Below are positions 17,331 through 26,543 of a DNA stretch of 64,000 nt, in pieces. The position numbers and the translations under genes were made by a program. Positions within the stretch are counted from its first letter, which is position 1. Each line of letters starts with the position of its first letter. The DNA comes from a virus (lineage: Duplodnaviria; Caudoviricetes). The notes under the pieces are model-generated. The model did no database searches, was not told the DNA's origin, and saw only the letters and a list, made by a program, of their open reading frames with translations. The stretch lies in IMG/VR virus record IMGVR_UViG_3300037249_000571, positions 3,527 through 67,526 of that record, one strand, 5' to 3'.

Positions 17331-17446
17331 CGCCGCATTTCTCCTCGAATTCTTTTATGGCTTGTTCCATTCTTTCAAATGTCATTGCCGTTTTACTCGT
17401 TCCTCGGCCAACAATTAACAGCCCTTTCGCCACGCCCTCCAGTTTT

Positions 17447-17650
17447 TCAGCGGCCTTCCGGAACTTTTCGTTTGTGATTTCGATTCGTGCCATTTTCTTG
17501 CTCCTCATACTTGATCGGCTTGTCCGTCCCGTCGTTGTGGAATTGCTCAATACACGAATCACAAGGTTCGTCGGTATCTTTCAAGGATGAATACTTGCAG
17601 GTCGGACAGTATTTGTCATAACGAACTTCTTTGGCCTTGAGTTCCACCAT
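17447..17650 (-). CDS. small Cys-rich hypothetical protein
   Basis: CPTCKY...EPCDSC. Confidence 0.55.
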   Translation of the reverse strand: MVELKAKEVRYDKYCPTCKYSSLKDTDEPCDSCIEQFHNDGTDKPIKYEEQENGTNRNHKRKVPEGR

Positions 17651-17810
17651 AAATAATGACCTCGCTTTCCGGATGTTCTTTCAATACGCGCTTTACAAAC
17701 TCGCGCTGCATTTCAGTCTTTCCGTTTCCTCTGCCGACCATCATAAAAAGCTTTTGGAGCTTCTTTGAAGGCTTCGGAAGTGTCTGCTCTTCGTTCCTAT
17801 GCGGGCTCAT
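17616..17810 (-). CDS. small protein with Walker-A-like VGRGNGKT
   Basis: 64 aa, start overlaps the nrdG stop region. Confidence 0.45.
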   Translation of the reverse strand: MSPHRNEEQTLPKPSKKLQKLFMMVGRGNGKTEMQREFVKRVLKEHPESEVIIYGGTQGQRSSL

Positions 17811-18294
17811 ACAGAACTACCTCGCCTTTCTTGAGGCTTTCCTTCACGTCGATCAGCCGCTGGTTCGTACTGCCGCGCCATGGAATATCAAGACTCTTTT
17901 TGTCTTCCTCGAAAGGACCGTCCACCAGCACGTCGATCTCCCGCAGCAGGTCTTTCCGGGCGTCCTCCCATTCAAGGATCTGTTCGTATGTGTAGCCGGT
18001 GTAGCACCACACGGAAAGATTCCTTTTATGCGCCGCCCGCGCCAGATCCAAAGCCGCCAGAGGCTGTAAGAAAGGTTCCCCACCTGTTAGGGTAATGCCC
18101 GTCAGCAGCGGGTCCTTAGCCATTTCTGTTTTGAACTCCTCGGTATCCATGCGAACCCCGCCATAGATGGGCCAGGAAGTGGGGTTCTGGCAGCCCTTGC
18201 ACTTGTGCAGGCAGCCCTGCATGAAGATCGCCATGCGGATGCCAGGCCCGTCTACGATAGAATTTTGTTGAGAACCGAATACGCGAAATATCAT
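17797..18294 (-). CDS. nrdG: anaerobic RNR activating enzyme (radical SAM)
   Basis: VDGPGIR, GCLHKCKGCQNP (CxxxCxxC), GGEPF, VLVDGPF, GSTNQR. Confidence 0.95.
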   Translation of the reverse strand: MIFRVFGSQQNSIVDGPGIRMAIFMQGCLHKCKGCQNPTSWPIYGGVRMDTEEFKTEMAKDPLLTGITLTGGEPFLQPLAALDLARAAHKRNLSVWCYTGYTYEQILEWEDARKDLLREIDVLVDGPFEEDKKSLDIPWRGSTNQRLIDVKESLKKGEVVLYEPA

Positions 18295-18330
18295 GATTTA
18301 TCGTTCCTCCTTTTCGTTAGTCGCCGCGGC

Positions 18331-18597
18331 TTAACTGATCATAACATCTGGCGGGAGTTCCGTAATGATGCCATGAGGACTGCCCGACAATGCTCGCCGG
18401 ACTTCATTCATTGTCATAATTCCTTGGCGCAGGAACGTCTCCACACGGCGATCGTCGGCATATAGGGTGATTTCTTCAATATCCTCAAAGTTTGGATAAG
18501 TTCTGCCGCAGTAGGAACAAGTGCGCCTGCCCGGTTCGTAAGGCGCTCCGCATCCTTCACAGTTTATCGAGGCGCTTCGATTTTCTGTCTTCCGCAT
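18331..18597 (-). CDS. zinc-ribbon protein
   Basis: CEGCGA...CSYCG. Confidence 0.55.
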   Translation of the reverse strand: MRKTENRSASINCEGCGAPYEPGRRTCSYCGRTYPNFEDIEEITLYADDRRVETFLRQGIMTMNEVRRALSGSPHGIITELPPDVMIS

Positions 18598-18824
18598 CTT
18601 TGTTCGACCTCCTGTACATGATCGATCGCGTCTATAACGGCTATCGTGCATCCTGGGCATGTTATCCAGCTCTTATCCTGAATATAGAAGCTTACGTATT
18701 CGCTCTTTTCAAAGTTATTGATTGTTGTATATCCGCCGTCAAATGCTTCGGTTCCGATGTATGGTTTATATTCAACGGCGCCGCAGATACTGCACACTCG
18801 TTTTCGGAAAATATCAGTAGCCAT
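18564..18824 (-). CDS. Cys-rich hypothetical protein
   Basis: CSIC...CPGC; RBS. Confidence 0.55.
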   Translation of the reverse strand: MATDIFRKRVCSICGAVEYKPYIGTEAFDGGYTTINNFEKSEYVSFYIQDKSWITCPGCTIAVIDAIDHVQEVEQRCGRQKIEAPR

Positions 18825-18886
18825 TTCGTCTCTCCTTTCGCACGAAAAAGAAGAGAGCCTGCGGATAGTGCAAGCCCTCTTCGTTT

Positions 18887-19054
18887 TTACATGCCCATCG
18901 CGTCAAAGAAATTCTTCAAAGTCAGAACCACCCAATACAGCACAATGAACGCCCAGGCGGATACGTTGTTCAGCAATATGAGTGTCACCACGATGAAGGA
19001 TATAATGATCAATGCGAACACGCAAAGCTGTGATAGCCGTTTCCATTCGTTCAT
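18887..19054 (-). CDS. small two-TM membrane protein
   Basis: two hydrophobic segments; GGAGG RBS. Confidence 0.55.
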   Translation of the reverse strand: MNEWKRLSQLCVFALIIISFIVVTLILLNNVSAWAFIVLYWVVLTLKNFFDAMGM

Positions 19055-19212
19055 ATAGCCTCCATCATGCCGTTCTTTTCCCAAAGGATCTGCTCTGCTT
19101 CTTTTGACGCTTCGACGATAGTATCAAAGTTCCCGCAGAAACGCCCATCGATTTTCAGAGTGTAATATCCCTTGGGGTTTCGGACGATATCAATGTGCTC
19201 GTTATCCGGCAT
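19051..19212 (-). CDS. hypothetical 53-aa protein (not in ORF track)
   Basis: MPDNEHIDIV...; ATGA overlap with next gene. Confidence 0.5.
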   Translation of the reverse strand: MPDNEHIDIVRNPKGYYTLKIDGRFCGNFDTIVEASKEAEQILWEKNGMMEAI

Positions 19213-19468
19213 CGTGCTTCACCCGATCCCTTTCTTCCGCCTGCTTGGCGTTGTTCCACCGGTCCAGAGTGCCTACCAGATAGCCCGTGATACGCCGCAC
19301 CCGTTCAAAGGGCGGATTGTCCAGATGGTAAGTGATTTCCACGTCTTCCTCGTTCAGAACGTTGACGTCCATTTCTTTCAGCATGTCTCCGAACTTCTCG
19401 ATGGCACGCTGTTTGTAGTGCGCCAGCTCTTCTTCGCTGACAGGACCGTTGATAACGTTGATAATCAT
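19202..19468 (-). CDS. stand-alone glycyl-radical domain (NrdD C-terminus-like)
   Basis: 88 aa ending PFERVRRITGYLVGTLDRWNNAKQAEERDRVKH. Confidence 0.85.
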   Translation of the reverse strand: MIINVINGPVSEEELAHYKQRAIEKFGDMLKEMDVNVLNEEDVEITYHLDNPPFERVRRITGYLVGTLDRWNNAKQAEERDRVKHDAG

Positions 19469-19692
19469 ATCTGTGCTTCTCCTCTCTTTGAAAACAGCTC
19501 GTCCAAGCTTAATCCGCAGTTCAGCGCTTTCTGGATCTTTTTGGCTTCATCCAAATGCAGGGGGGACACGCCTCTCAGCTTTCGCAGCAGCGACGTATAG
19601 GATATCTGCGATTCTTCCGCCAGCTTCCGTTTATCCCAACCGAGCAGATAGCATTGGATCATTACCTGCATGTAAATGATATCCCCGCGCAT
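19465..19692 (-). CDS. Cro/CI-type HTH protein
   Basis: 75 aa from MRGDII (AAGGAGG RBS); KRKLAEESQISYTSLLRKLRG...LDELF. Confidence 0.75.
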   Translation of the reverse strand: MRGDIIYMQVMIQCYLLGWDKRKLAEESQISYTSLLRKLRGVSPLHLDEAKKIQKALNCGLSLDELFSKRGEAQI

Positions 19693-19693
19693 G

Positions 19694-21535
19694 TTACGTT
19701 CCGGCCTCCTTATCAGCTTTTGCTTCGGGTTTCCACCGTTTGAACTGTTCTTTTTCCGTATCGTGCTCCCGCCGTCCGCAACAGGGGCATACGTCGCCGA
19801 TAATGCCATTGAAGCCGCACACCGGGTCCCGGTCCACGGGATGGTTGATGCTGCCGTAGCCGATACCGCTTTCCTTCATGTGGCGGATGATTGCCTCAAA
19901 CGCCTCCAGGTTCTTCGTGGGGTCGCCGTCCATTTCCACATAAGAAATATGCCCCGCGTTGGTCAGGGCATGGTAGGGGGCTTCCAATTCTATTTTTTTC
20001 GCTGCGGTGATGGGGAAATATACGGGGATGTGGAAGCTGTTGGTGTAGTAATCCCGGTCTGTCACGCCGGGAATGACGCCGTAGAAGTCCCTGTCCATCT
20101 TCACGAACCGTCCGGACAGGCTTTCAGCGGGCGTCGCCAGGCAAGTCACGTTCATATCCAGCTGTTCGCTCATTTCGTCGCAGAAGTTGCGAATATAATG
20201 AACGATATTGATGCCCAGCTTCTGCGCCTCGGTGCTTTCCCCGTGGTGTTCCCCGATCAGGGCTTTCAGCGTTTCTGCCAGGCCGATGAAGCCGATGGAC
20301 AGGGTTCCGTGTTTCAGCACCTCGCCGACTGGATCGTCCGGACCCAGCTTTTCCGAATCCATCCATACGCCCTCGCCCATCAGAAAGGGGAAGTTTCGCA
20401 CTTTCCGCTCTGCCTGCACCATGAATCTCGCCAGCAGCTGCCGCATCACGGCGGTCAGCATCCAGTTCAGATGAATATAGAACACCTTCACGTCATGGTT
20501 CGATTCCAGGGCCAACCGCGGAAGATTGATAGAAGTGAAGCTCAGGTTCCCCCGTCCGGGAGCGATCTCCGGTCCGCACATGTTGCCCATTACGCGGGTA
20601 CGGCAGCCCATATAGCCCACTTCCGTTTCCGGATGGCCCGGCTCGTAGAATTGCAGGTTAAAGGGAGCGTCCAGGAAACTGAAATTGGGGAACAGCCGCT
20701 TGGCGCTCACTCGCATCGCCAGCCGGAACAGATCGTAATTCGGGTCGCCGGGATTGTAGTTTACGCCTTCCTTGACGCGGAAGATCTGAATGGGGAAGAT
20801 CGGTGTTTCACCGTTGCCCAGGCCCGCCTCCGTCGCAAGCAGCAGTTGTTCCATAGCCAGCCTTCCTTCCCAGGAGGTGTCCATGCCATAGTTGATGCTG
20901 CTGAACGGTACTTGGGCGCCCGCGCGGGAATGCATGGTGTTCAGGTTGTGCACCAAGCCCTCCATGGCCTGGTAGGTGTCGCGGGTGGTCTTCCTCATTG
21001 CGTAATCCTGCCGCCAGGATATGTCCCCGCCGCTTCCAAGCTCCGCCTGAATATCAAAGGCTTCCCGCAGATATTTCTGATACGTCAGCCGAACCCCATC
21101 GGCCATGGCGTAATCAAAATCCACAATGGATTGCCCTCCGTGCTGGTCGTTCTGGTTGCTTTGAATGGCAATGGCAGCCAATGCTGCATAGCTGCCGATG
21201 GACTTCGGCTCTCGTAAGTGCCCGTGACCGGTGTTGAACCCACCCTTGAACAGCTTCTTGAGCTCGATTTGGGTACAGGTGGTAGTCCAGCCGTAGAAGT
21301 CCAGGTCATGAATGTGAATCCAACCTTTCCTATGAAGATTGGCGGTTTCCGGGTCGATCATGGTTTCCAGATAGTATTCTTTGGCGGTATTGCCGCCTTG
21401 CTGAAGCATAGCTCCCATAGGCGTATCGCCGTTGATATTGCCGTTCTCTCGCTTCAGATTGCTGTCCTTGGCGGGAGAGCCGGTAATGTCGTCATAGATT
21501 TTTTTGACCGTTTGGCCAAAGAGGGTTTCGTTCAT
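19694..21535 (-). CDS. nrdD: class III ribonucleotide reductase, lacking ATP cone and C-terminal glycyl-radical loop
   Basis: IHIHDLDF, SNQNDQHGGQ, MGCRT finger loop, NLSFTSINLPR, ATPAESL, DPVC..CPCC Zn site; ends without RITGY. Confidence 0.9.
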   Translation of the reverse strand: MNETLFGQTVKKIYDDITGSPAKDSNLKRENGNINGDTPMGAMLQQGGNTAKEYYLETMIDPETANLHRKGWIHIHDLDFYGWTTTCTQIELKKLFKGGFNTGHGHLREPKSIGSYAALAAIAIQSNQNDQHGGQSIVDFDYAMADGVRLTYQKYLREAFDIQAELGSGGDISWRQDYAMRKTTRDTYQAMEGLVHNLNTMHSRAGAQVPFSSINYGMDTSWEGRLAMEQLLLATEAGLGNGETPIFPIQIFRVKEGVNYNPGDPNYDLFRLAMRVSAKRLFPNFSFLDAPFNLQFYEPGHPETEVGYMGCRTRVMGNMCGPEIAPGRGNLSFTSINLPRLALESNHDVKVFYIHLNWMLTAVMRQLLARFMVQAERKVRNFPFLMGEGVWMDSEKLGPDDPVGEVLKHGTLSIGFIGLAETLKALIGEHHGESTEAQKLGINIVHYIRNFCDEMSEQLDMNVTCLATPAESLSGRFVKMDRDFYGVIPGVTDRDYYTNSFHIPVYFPITAAKKIELEAPYHALTNAGHISYVEMDGDPTKNLEAFEAIIRHMKESGIGYGSINHPVDRDPVCGFNGIIGDVCPCCGRREHDTEKEQFKRWKPEAKADKEAGT

Positions 21536-21771
21536 TGTTGGTTGTTCCTTTCCATAAGGATCATACATTCTTCTAACAGTCTGTAGGCTGTCTTTCCGAT
21601 CGAGGCATAGGCGTCTTCCGTTTCGTCGCTTATCAGCGGACACCAGCGAGGACGGCGTTTGTTGTACGTTTCTGAATTGAGAGGTTTATTTTTGGCTTGA
21701 CAGTAGGTTTCCTCATTCATGCATGGACAGTCTTGGCAATTATCAGGCATCCGGATATTGATTTTTACCAT
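21532..21771 (-). CDS. Cys-rich hypothetical protein
   Basis: MPDNCQDCPC...RPRWCPL. Confidence 0.55.
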   Translation of the reverse strand: MVKINIRMPDNCQDCPCMNEETYCQAKNKPLNSETYNKRRPRWCPLISDETEDAYASIGKTAYRLLEECMILMERNNQQ

Positions 21772-21796
21772 TCATGACCTCCTTGCTCGATTCAAC

Positions 21797-22231
21797 TTAA
21801 TAATGCCGGTTCCGCTCGTTTTCCAACTGGACGTGGACTTGACCCAAAACCTCTTGCAAAATATTCTCGTTACGACCATAAACGGAAAGCGTACTGTCAA
21901 CCATATGGCGTGCAAGGTCTTTGATAATCGCTTCTTCTCCGGCCTTCCTCGCCATTTCGACCATTTCACGAGCCTTTTTCTCAAGAAGTTCATCCGATAT
22001 GGGCTCATTGAGAATCGCTTCGATTTTCTCGTAAAGCCTTTTCAGAATTTGTTCTTTAATCAAACGCTCGATTTCGGGCGCTTTCCGTGTTCCATAGTCG
22101 TATTTAACAAGATTGAGTTCACCCCAAACTTGTTCGGCCCTATGTTTAAGTTCTTCTTCTGATATTGTGGCAGCGAATAATTTAGCCATCTCGGTGCCAA
22201 ATACCTTATTCATTTCCGTATTGATCTCCAT
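21797..22231 (-). CDS. hypothetical coiled-coil protein
   Basis: ORF with RBS in co-oriented operon. Confidence 0.55.
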   Translation of the reverse strand: MEINTEMNKVFGTEMAKLFAATISEEELKHRAEQVWGELNLVKYDYGTRKAPEIERLIKEQILKRLYEKIEAILNEPISDELLEKKAREMVEMARKAGEEAIIKDLARHMVDSTLSVYGRNENILQEVLGQVHVQLENERNRHY

Positions 22232-22646
22232 CGCTTTCGTCCTCCAAGCATTCTGGCGCTTCCAACTCAATGTCTGTAGGTTTGGCCATAACAATTGCTT
22301 TTTCGCCGTGGCAGAGAAGGATAAGGCCGTTTTCCTTTTCTTTCAAAAGCTGATCATATATCTTTTTTCTCGCATCTTTGTTGAGGATATACGGATGTTG
22401 TACGACCAATAGGTCATCCGCCGGAACGACCTTGATTGCCGGTTCTTCCAGGCGGCACAGTTCTACGAAATCAGGCTTGGATGCCTCCTCGATAGCGTGC
22501 TGCATTTCCTTGGATCGAAGCTCGTGAGAATATACAGGACGCCCCATTTTTTCAGCGATGTACTGGTAGTAGATATACAGTTTATCACCTTTCAGCATAA
22601 CGGTGCCCGTGTAAGCCATAACGATTGCTTTTTCACGATCTGTCAT
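22206..22646 (-). CDS. hypothetical protein
   Basis: 146-aa ORF with RBS. Confidence 0.55.
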   Translation of the reverse strand: MTDREKAIVMAYTGTVMLKGDKLYIYYQYIAEKMGRPVYSHELRSKEMQHAIEEASKPDFVELCRLEEPAIKVVPADDLLVVQHPYILNKDARKKIYDQLLKEKENGLILLCHGEKAIVMAKPTDIELEAPECLEDESDGDQYGNE

Positions 22647-22662
22647 TTCGTCTTTCGTCCTT

Positions 22663-22956
22663 TCAGTATTCGTTCGGAAACAGGATCGTCGTCGCGCTCC
22701 TGTCCCATTCGGTAATGATCCAGATACGCCAGCCTTCGCGGTCCGGATGCTGATATGCTGCCAGAATCCTATCGCCGCATCTCACCGCTTCGTCGTTCTG
22801 CTCCCAGTCCTCTTTGCAGATGTCGCCCCAGTCGCAGCGGATATAGCGGTTGAAACACTGATTCACAAAGCTGGCAAAGTTTTCGTTTTCTTCCTGTAAT
22901 TCGGCTATGGCGCGGGTCGCAACCAATTGTCCGATTTGAAATCTAAGTTCGTCCTT
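22663..22956 (-). CDS. conserved small protein (GDW...WIITEWDRSATTILFPNEY), start codon appears damaged
   Basis: frame open upstream to AT/AAG after GGAGG+7 nt. Confidence 0.5.
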   Translation of the reverse strand, partial: KDELRFQIGQLVATRAIAELQEENENFASFVNQCFNRYIRCDWGDICKEDWEQNDEAVRCGDRILAAYQHPDREGWRIWIITEWDRSATTILFPNEY

Positions 22957-22969
22957 ATTTTTGTACCTC

Positions 22970-23203
22970 CTATTTTGTAAGAAACTCCGGATAAACTTTT
23001 TCTAAGAGCGTTCTATCCGGATATGCGTTTGTCGTTACTGTCAATCTCGGAATATCATATATTTTGTCTGTCAAAGTAGGAATGGACAAAACAATCTCGA
23101 CATTGAATATGCTATTGATATCAGGAATGATCTTCTCTGCTCGATCTATTAAATCTTGACAAGCGAGACGTATGCTTCTAATAGCCATTTCTTTGTATGT
23201 CAT
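22970..23203 (-). CDS. hypothetical protein
   Basis: from MTYKEM with GAGGTG RBS. Confidence 0.5.
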   Translation of the reverse strand: MTYKEMAIRSIRLACQDLIDRAEKIIPDINSIFNVEIVLSIPTLTDKIYDIPRLTVTTNAYPDRTLLEKVYPEFLTK

Positions 23204-23211
23204 TGCTTCGT

Positions 23212-23427
23212 TCACCTCGATTGGTCCACAGGTTTCGCCATAAGCATTTTGTAGATGTTCACGGCGTCTTCCCCGGTAAAGGCGTTGACGACATCCAAAG
23301 TCTTTCCGGTCTTCGTCCCTACCAGACATACCTCTACGTCTTTTCCCCTGGAAAAGTCAAAGCTCACCAAATATACTTTGGCGAGCGACCCATAGGGAAT
23401 CTGCGGTTCACCTTCACGATTTTTCAT
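23212..23427 (-). CDS. hypothetical protein
   Basis: SFDFSRGKD..VCLVG motif. Confidence 0.55.
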   Translation of the reverse strand: MKNREGEPQIPYGSLAKVYLVSFDFSRGKDVEVCLVGTKTGKTLDVVNAFTGEDAVNIYKMLMAKPVDQSR

Positions 23428-23432
23428 TCAGC

Positions 23433-24020
23433 TCACCCCAATTTCAGCGTTACGTCCTTACCCGGCTTTCCCGTCATGGACGAGGCGATAGACTGGTAGA
23501 TCTTGCCCACGTTGTCCAGATTGCGGTTGTAATCCTCCAGCAGGCCGTCCAGTTTCCCGTCGAACCGCTCCACGATCAGGTCTTTGGCCCGTTCGGTCGC
23601 TTCCCGCATCACGTCGTCCTTATCCACCTTAGCGGCTTCCCTGGCGATGGCTTCCGTCACCGTCTTGGAGAGCTTGCCGTAATTCTGTTCCACCGCGGCC
23701 CGCACCCGCTTTTGCGTTTCCTCCGTGATACTTTCTTCCAGGCTGCGCACGGCTTTGCTGACGGCCCTACCCACTTCCCGGTTGGTAGCGTTTCCGATGG
23801 CGCGGTCAATGATGGTCTGCTCCACGTCTACAATGGTCAGATCCGACACGTGATCAGCCGCCTTGCCCACCAGCTTCAGCGTTTTTCTCATGTCGACAGC
23901 GGCAACTACGGCGGCGATCACAGCAACCCCCGTCAGGGTCAGACACGCGATCCGCTCAATTTTCCGAAGCCGCTTGTCGAATTCGTCTTCCTTGATTTCG
24001 TTCATATTCACAGTTGGCAT
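23433..24020 (-). CDS. N-terminally membrane-anchored coiled-coil protein
   Basis: TM segment followed by helical region; AAAGGAG RBS. Confidence 0.6.
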   Translation of the reverse strand: MPTVNMNEIKEDEFDKRLRKIERIACLTLTGVAVIAAVVAAVDMRKTLKLVGKAADHVSDLTIVDVEQTIIDRAIGNATNREVGRAVSKAVRSLEESITEETQKRVRAAVEQNYGKLSKTVTEAIAREAAKVDKDDVMREATERAKDLIVERFDGKLDGLLEDYNRNLDNVGKIYQSIASSMTGKPGKDVTLKLG

Positions 24021-24212
24021 TTTCTTTCGCTCCTTTATTTCATCAGATTGACGATTCCACGAATGAAGTTGATTGCGAACAGCGCCGACGCATACAGGTA
24101 TCTGTACGCTCCGTGGAGACGGAATTTTTCATACATCCTGTAAGCGATCGTCGCATATGCCGCCAGCGCACAGGCGTCAAGGCAATACCGAAGAACTTCT
24201 GCTATCATGTCT

Positions 24213-24458
24213 TTATTCCTCGCGATAGAGGCTAACCTCAACTCTCTCGGGCATATCGCGCAGTCTTCTCTCCAGCATTTCTTCAATGGAATATTGACAT
24301 GAAGTGCAAAATTTCAAAGGACGCAAATAAAATGCGCGATCTTCTCGATCTCTGCACGCCTTGTGAATTTCGTACTTGTGGCTCGTGACGAATCTGTCTA
24401 TCTGCTTACCGCAGCAATCGCAAACCCAAATGTCCATTTTCGTTTTCTCCTTCACCAT
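24213..24458 (-). CDS. Cys-rich hypothetical protein
   Basis: CDCCG...CTSC. Confidence 0.5.
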   Translation of the reverse strand: MVKEKTKMDIWVCDCCGKQIDRFVTSHKYEIHKACRDREDRAFYLRPLKFCTSCQYSIEEMLERRLRDMPERVEVSLYREE

Positions 24459-25687
24459 TTGATTAACCGGCTCCGGCTCTCATTGAAGTCTTTCTTTTGA
24501 TCCAGCGCCCGGCTGATGGCCAGATCGATCCCGCTGCGGCTCTTCAGATAGTAATAGTACAGGTCGTGATAGGGCGTGGTCAGCCGGTCGATCCGTCCTC
24601 TGGACTGTTTCAGCACCCGATAGCTGTACTGCTGGGAATAAAAAAGGATCGTATCTGTTTCAATACAGTTCCAGGCTTCCGCTCCGGCGCTGTAGTTCAC
24701 CAGATAGACCCATCTTTCTCCTTTGGGTACTTCCTCATGCTTGTGGCTGTTCAGTTCAGCGATCACCGTTCCGGGCGGCCATGCGAGCGCGCGAAGGATC
24801 TCAAGCTCGTAATCGAAGCTGTAGAATATAATCATCCGAGGATGCTTTTCCGCGATCTCCAACGCCATCCGCTGCCTGCTTTCGTCCATGTTCACCGCTT
24901 TGCGGATCAGGTAATACATCTTTCCAGGGTTCTCGATAGGCAGCCCCTCCCATGGGTCCCATCGGGTCCGTATGATGTTTTTGTACAGCGCTACGTTGTA
25001 TTGAACGTAGGCGTCCTCGTGATGCGCTTCCGTAGAACGGGTAAAAGCCATGTCCACCAGAATGGAATCCCGTAGCCTTTCCAATTTCGGCGTTCCAATA
25101 TAATGGTCGATCTTGGGGAACTTCGTGACGTATTGGGAATATACCACGTGTTCCTTATTGAACTGGGTCCGGTTGCGGAAGAATCCGTTGGCGATGAACA
25201 GCGGAATATAATCGCTCCAGCTGTCTCCCGGGGTGGCGGAGAGAAGAATCCATCGGTTGCTTCGGGTGATCCTCAGAAAGCTCTTTACCCATACGCCGTT
25301 GCCTACCACCCGCTGCTCGTCGAATATAAAGAAGGCGTCCCGTATGTCCGCGTATTTCTGGATGTTGTTCCAGCTATCGACGACGATTTGGTTTCCGTAC
25401 ATATTCGTTTTTTGATCCGTCGTCATCAGGAACGGCGCCATCTCTTTCTCCCACTCGCAGGAGTCGCGCTTTTTCGCGGTGGTGATGATGTACAGGTCTT
25501 TGGGCGGATCATCCATCGGCATGTAGTCGCCGCCCTCCAGCGTATCGGTATCCCCGCCGTTTTCCAGATAGTAATAGCTTAAAGCGGTAATGCTCTTTCC
25601 ACTGCCGACACCTCCGCACAATACGCAGCCGTTTTTCATACGGCCGATCGCATCGATCTGATGAGGATATAAATGGATGTTCGCCAT
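24452..25687 (-). CDS. superfamily 2 helicase
   Basis: LYPHQ, GGVGSGKS, FIFDEQ, LLSATPG, QSRGRIDR. Confidence 0.9.
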   Translation of the reverse strand: MANIHLYPHQIDAIGRMKNGCVLCGGVGSGKSITALSYYYLENGGDTDTLEGGDYMPMDDPPKDLYIITTAKKRDSCEWEKEMAPFLMTTDQKTNMYGNQIVVDSWNNIQKYADIRDAFFIFDEQRVVGNGVWVKSFLRITRSNRWILLSATPGDSWSDYIPLFIANGFFRNRTQFNKEHVVYSQYVTKFPKIDHYIGTPKLERLRDSILVDMAFTRSTEAHHEDAYVQYNVALYKNIIRTRWDPWEGLPIENPGKMYYLIRKAVNMDESRQRMALEIAEKHPRMIIFYSFDYELEILRALAWPPGTVIAELNSHKHEEVPKGERWVYLVNYSAGAEAWNCIETDTILFYSQQYSYRVLKQSRGRIDRLTTPYHDLYYYYLKSRSGIDLAISRALDQKKDFNESRSRLIKW

Positions 25688-25811
25688 GGCGTCACCCCTC
25701 GCTTATCAATGAGAATATGGGCTGTTTCCTCTTTTGTGCGTGAGCATGTAGTATATTTGGACATTTAACCGGACATCCAAAGCCGGCACCCATGTTGATC
25801 GCCGGATGAAT

Positions 25812-26333
25812 TTACTCGTCCTCTTCCGTCATCTGACGGCGGTAGCGGGCGGCGTAGGGGTCGTCATCCAGGCGCTGCTCCACGTACATGGTGCTGATGT
25901 ACAGGTTTTCTTCGTGCGTAACCGGGTCGTACTCATGCGGATTCAGCACCACGTTCACATTTTTCACGCGGATGTTGTCCAGGCAGGCTACGTTTTCTTC
26001 CGTCAGCAGCACCGGATCGTTACCGCCAGTCACCAGATACACCTTGGGCGGCCACTTCACCGGTTCCCCATTCGTCTTGCGGTAACGCAGGATAGCCTGA
26101 ACGAAATATTTGGGCTGGTAGGTTTCGGGGTCGTCGGTGGGACGGGGCTTGGTGGAACGCACTTTGAAGCCGGCCGCTTTCAGTTCGCGCACCTGCTCCA
26201 GATCGGGGATCAGCACGTTGACCTTGCGGCGGGAATCCCCGTACCTGTCCCGTTCGGGAAGGCCGGCGAAATTCGTGGTATAGATGAAGTTGGTGTCGTC
26301 GATGTTGTACTGAATCGGTTTACGTTCGTTCAT
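25812..26333 (-). CDS. single-stranded DNA-binding protein
   Basis: TNFAG...RKVNV motif, acidic C-tail TEEDE, beside polymerase. Confidence 0.65.
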   Translation of the reverse strand: MNERKPIQYNIDDTNFIYTTNFAGLPERDRYGDSRRKVNVLIPDLEQVRELKAAGFKVRSTKPRPTDDPETYQPKYFVQAILRYRKTNGEPVKWPPKVYLVTGGNDPVLLTEENVACLDNIRVKNVNVVLNPHEYDPVTHEENLYISTMYVEQRLDDDPYAARYRRQMTEEDE

Positions 26334-26339
26334 GGTTTT

Positions 26340-26543
26340 TTACTCCCTTACATATTTTTTGATATTTCCTTGTTCATCTTGGATCGTTACTTGTGTTCCA
26401 GGCATAAACCAGTGTTTTTCCTGGAGCCATGTGGTGTCGTGCGTGGCCCAATCATCCATTGTCACCTGATACCGTTTCGCGACGGTCCTGTGGTTGACTG
26501 TCACACGCGCTTTTCCCTCATAACAAAGGGTGAACGTCTTCAT
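26340..26543 (-). CDS. hypothetical protein
   Basis: 67 aa, TGATG overlap with polymerase stop. Confidence 0.5.
   Translation of the reverse strand: MKTFTLCYEGKARVTVNHRTVAKRYQVTMDDWATHDTTWLQEKHWFMPGTQVTIQDEQGNIKKYVRE

Noticed and set aside
19465-19809. Frameshift or readthrough joining NrdD to a glycyl-radical loop
   Set aside because: Neither alternative frame after the Zn site encodes RITGY, and the HTH gene has its own strong RBS
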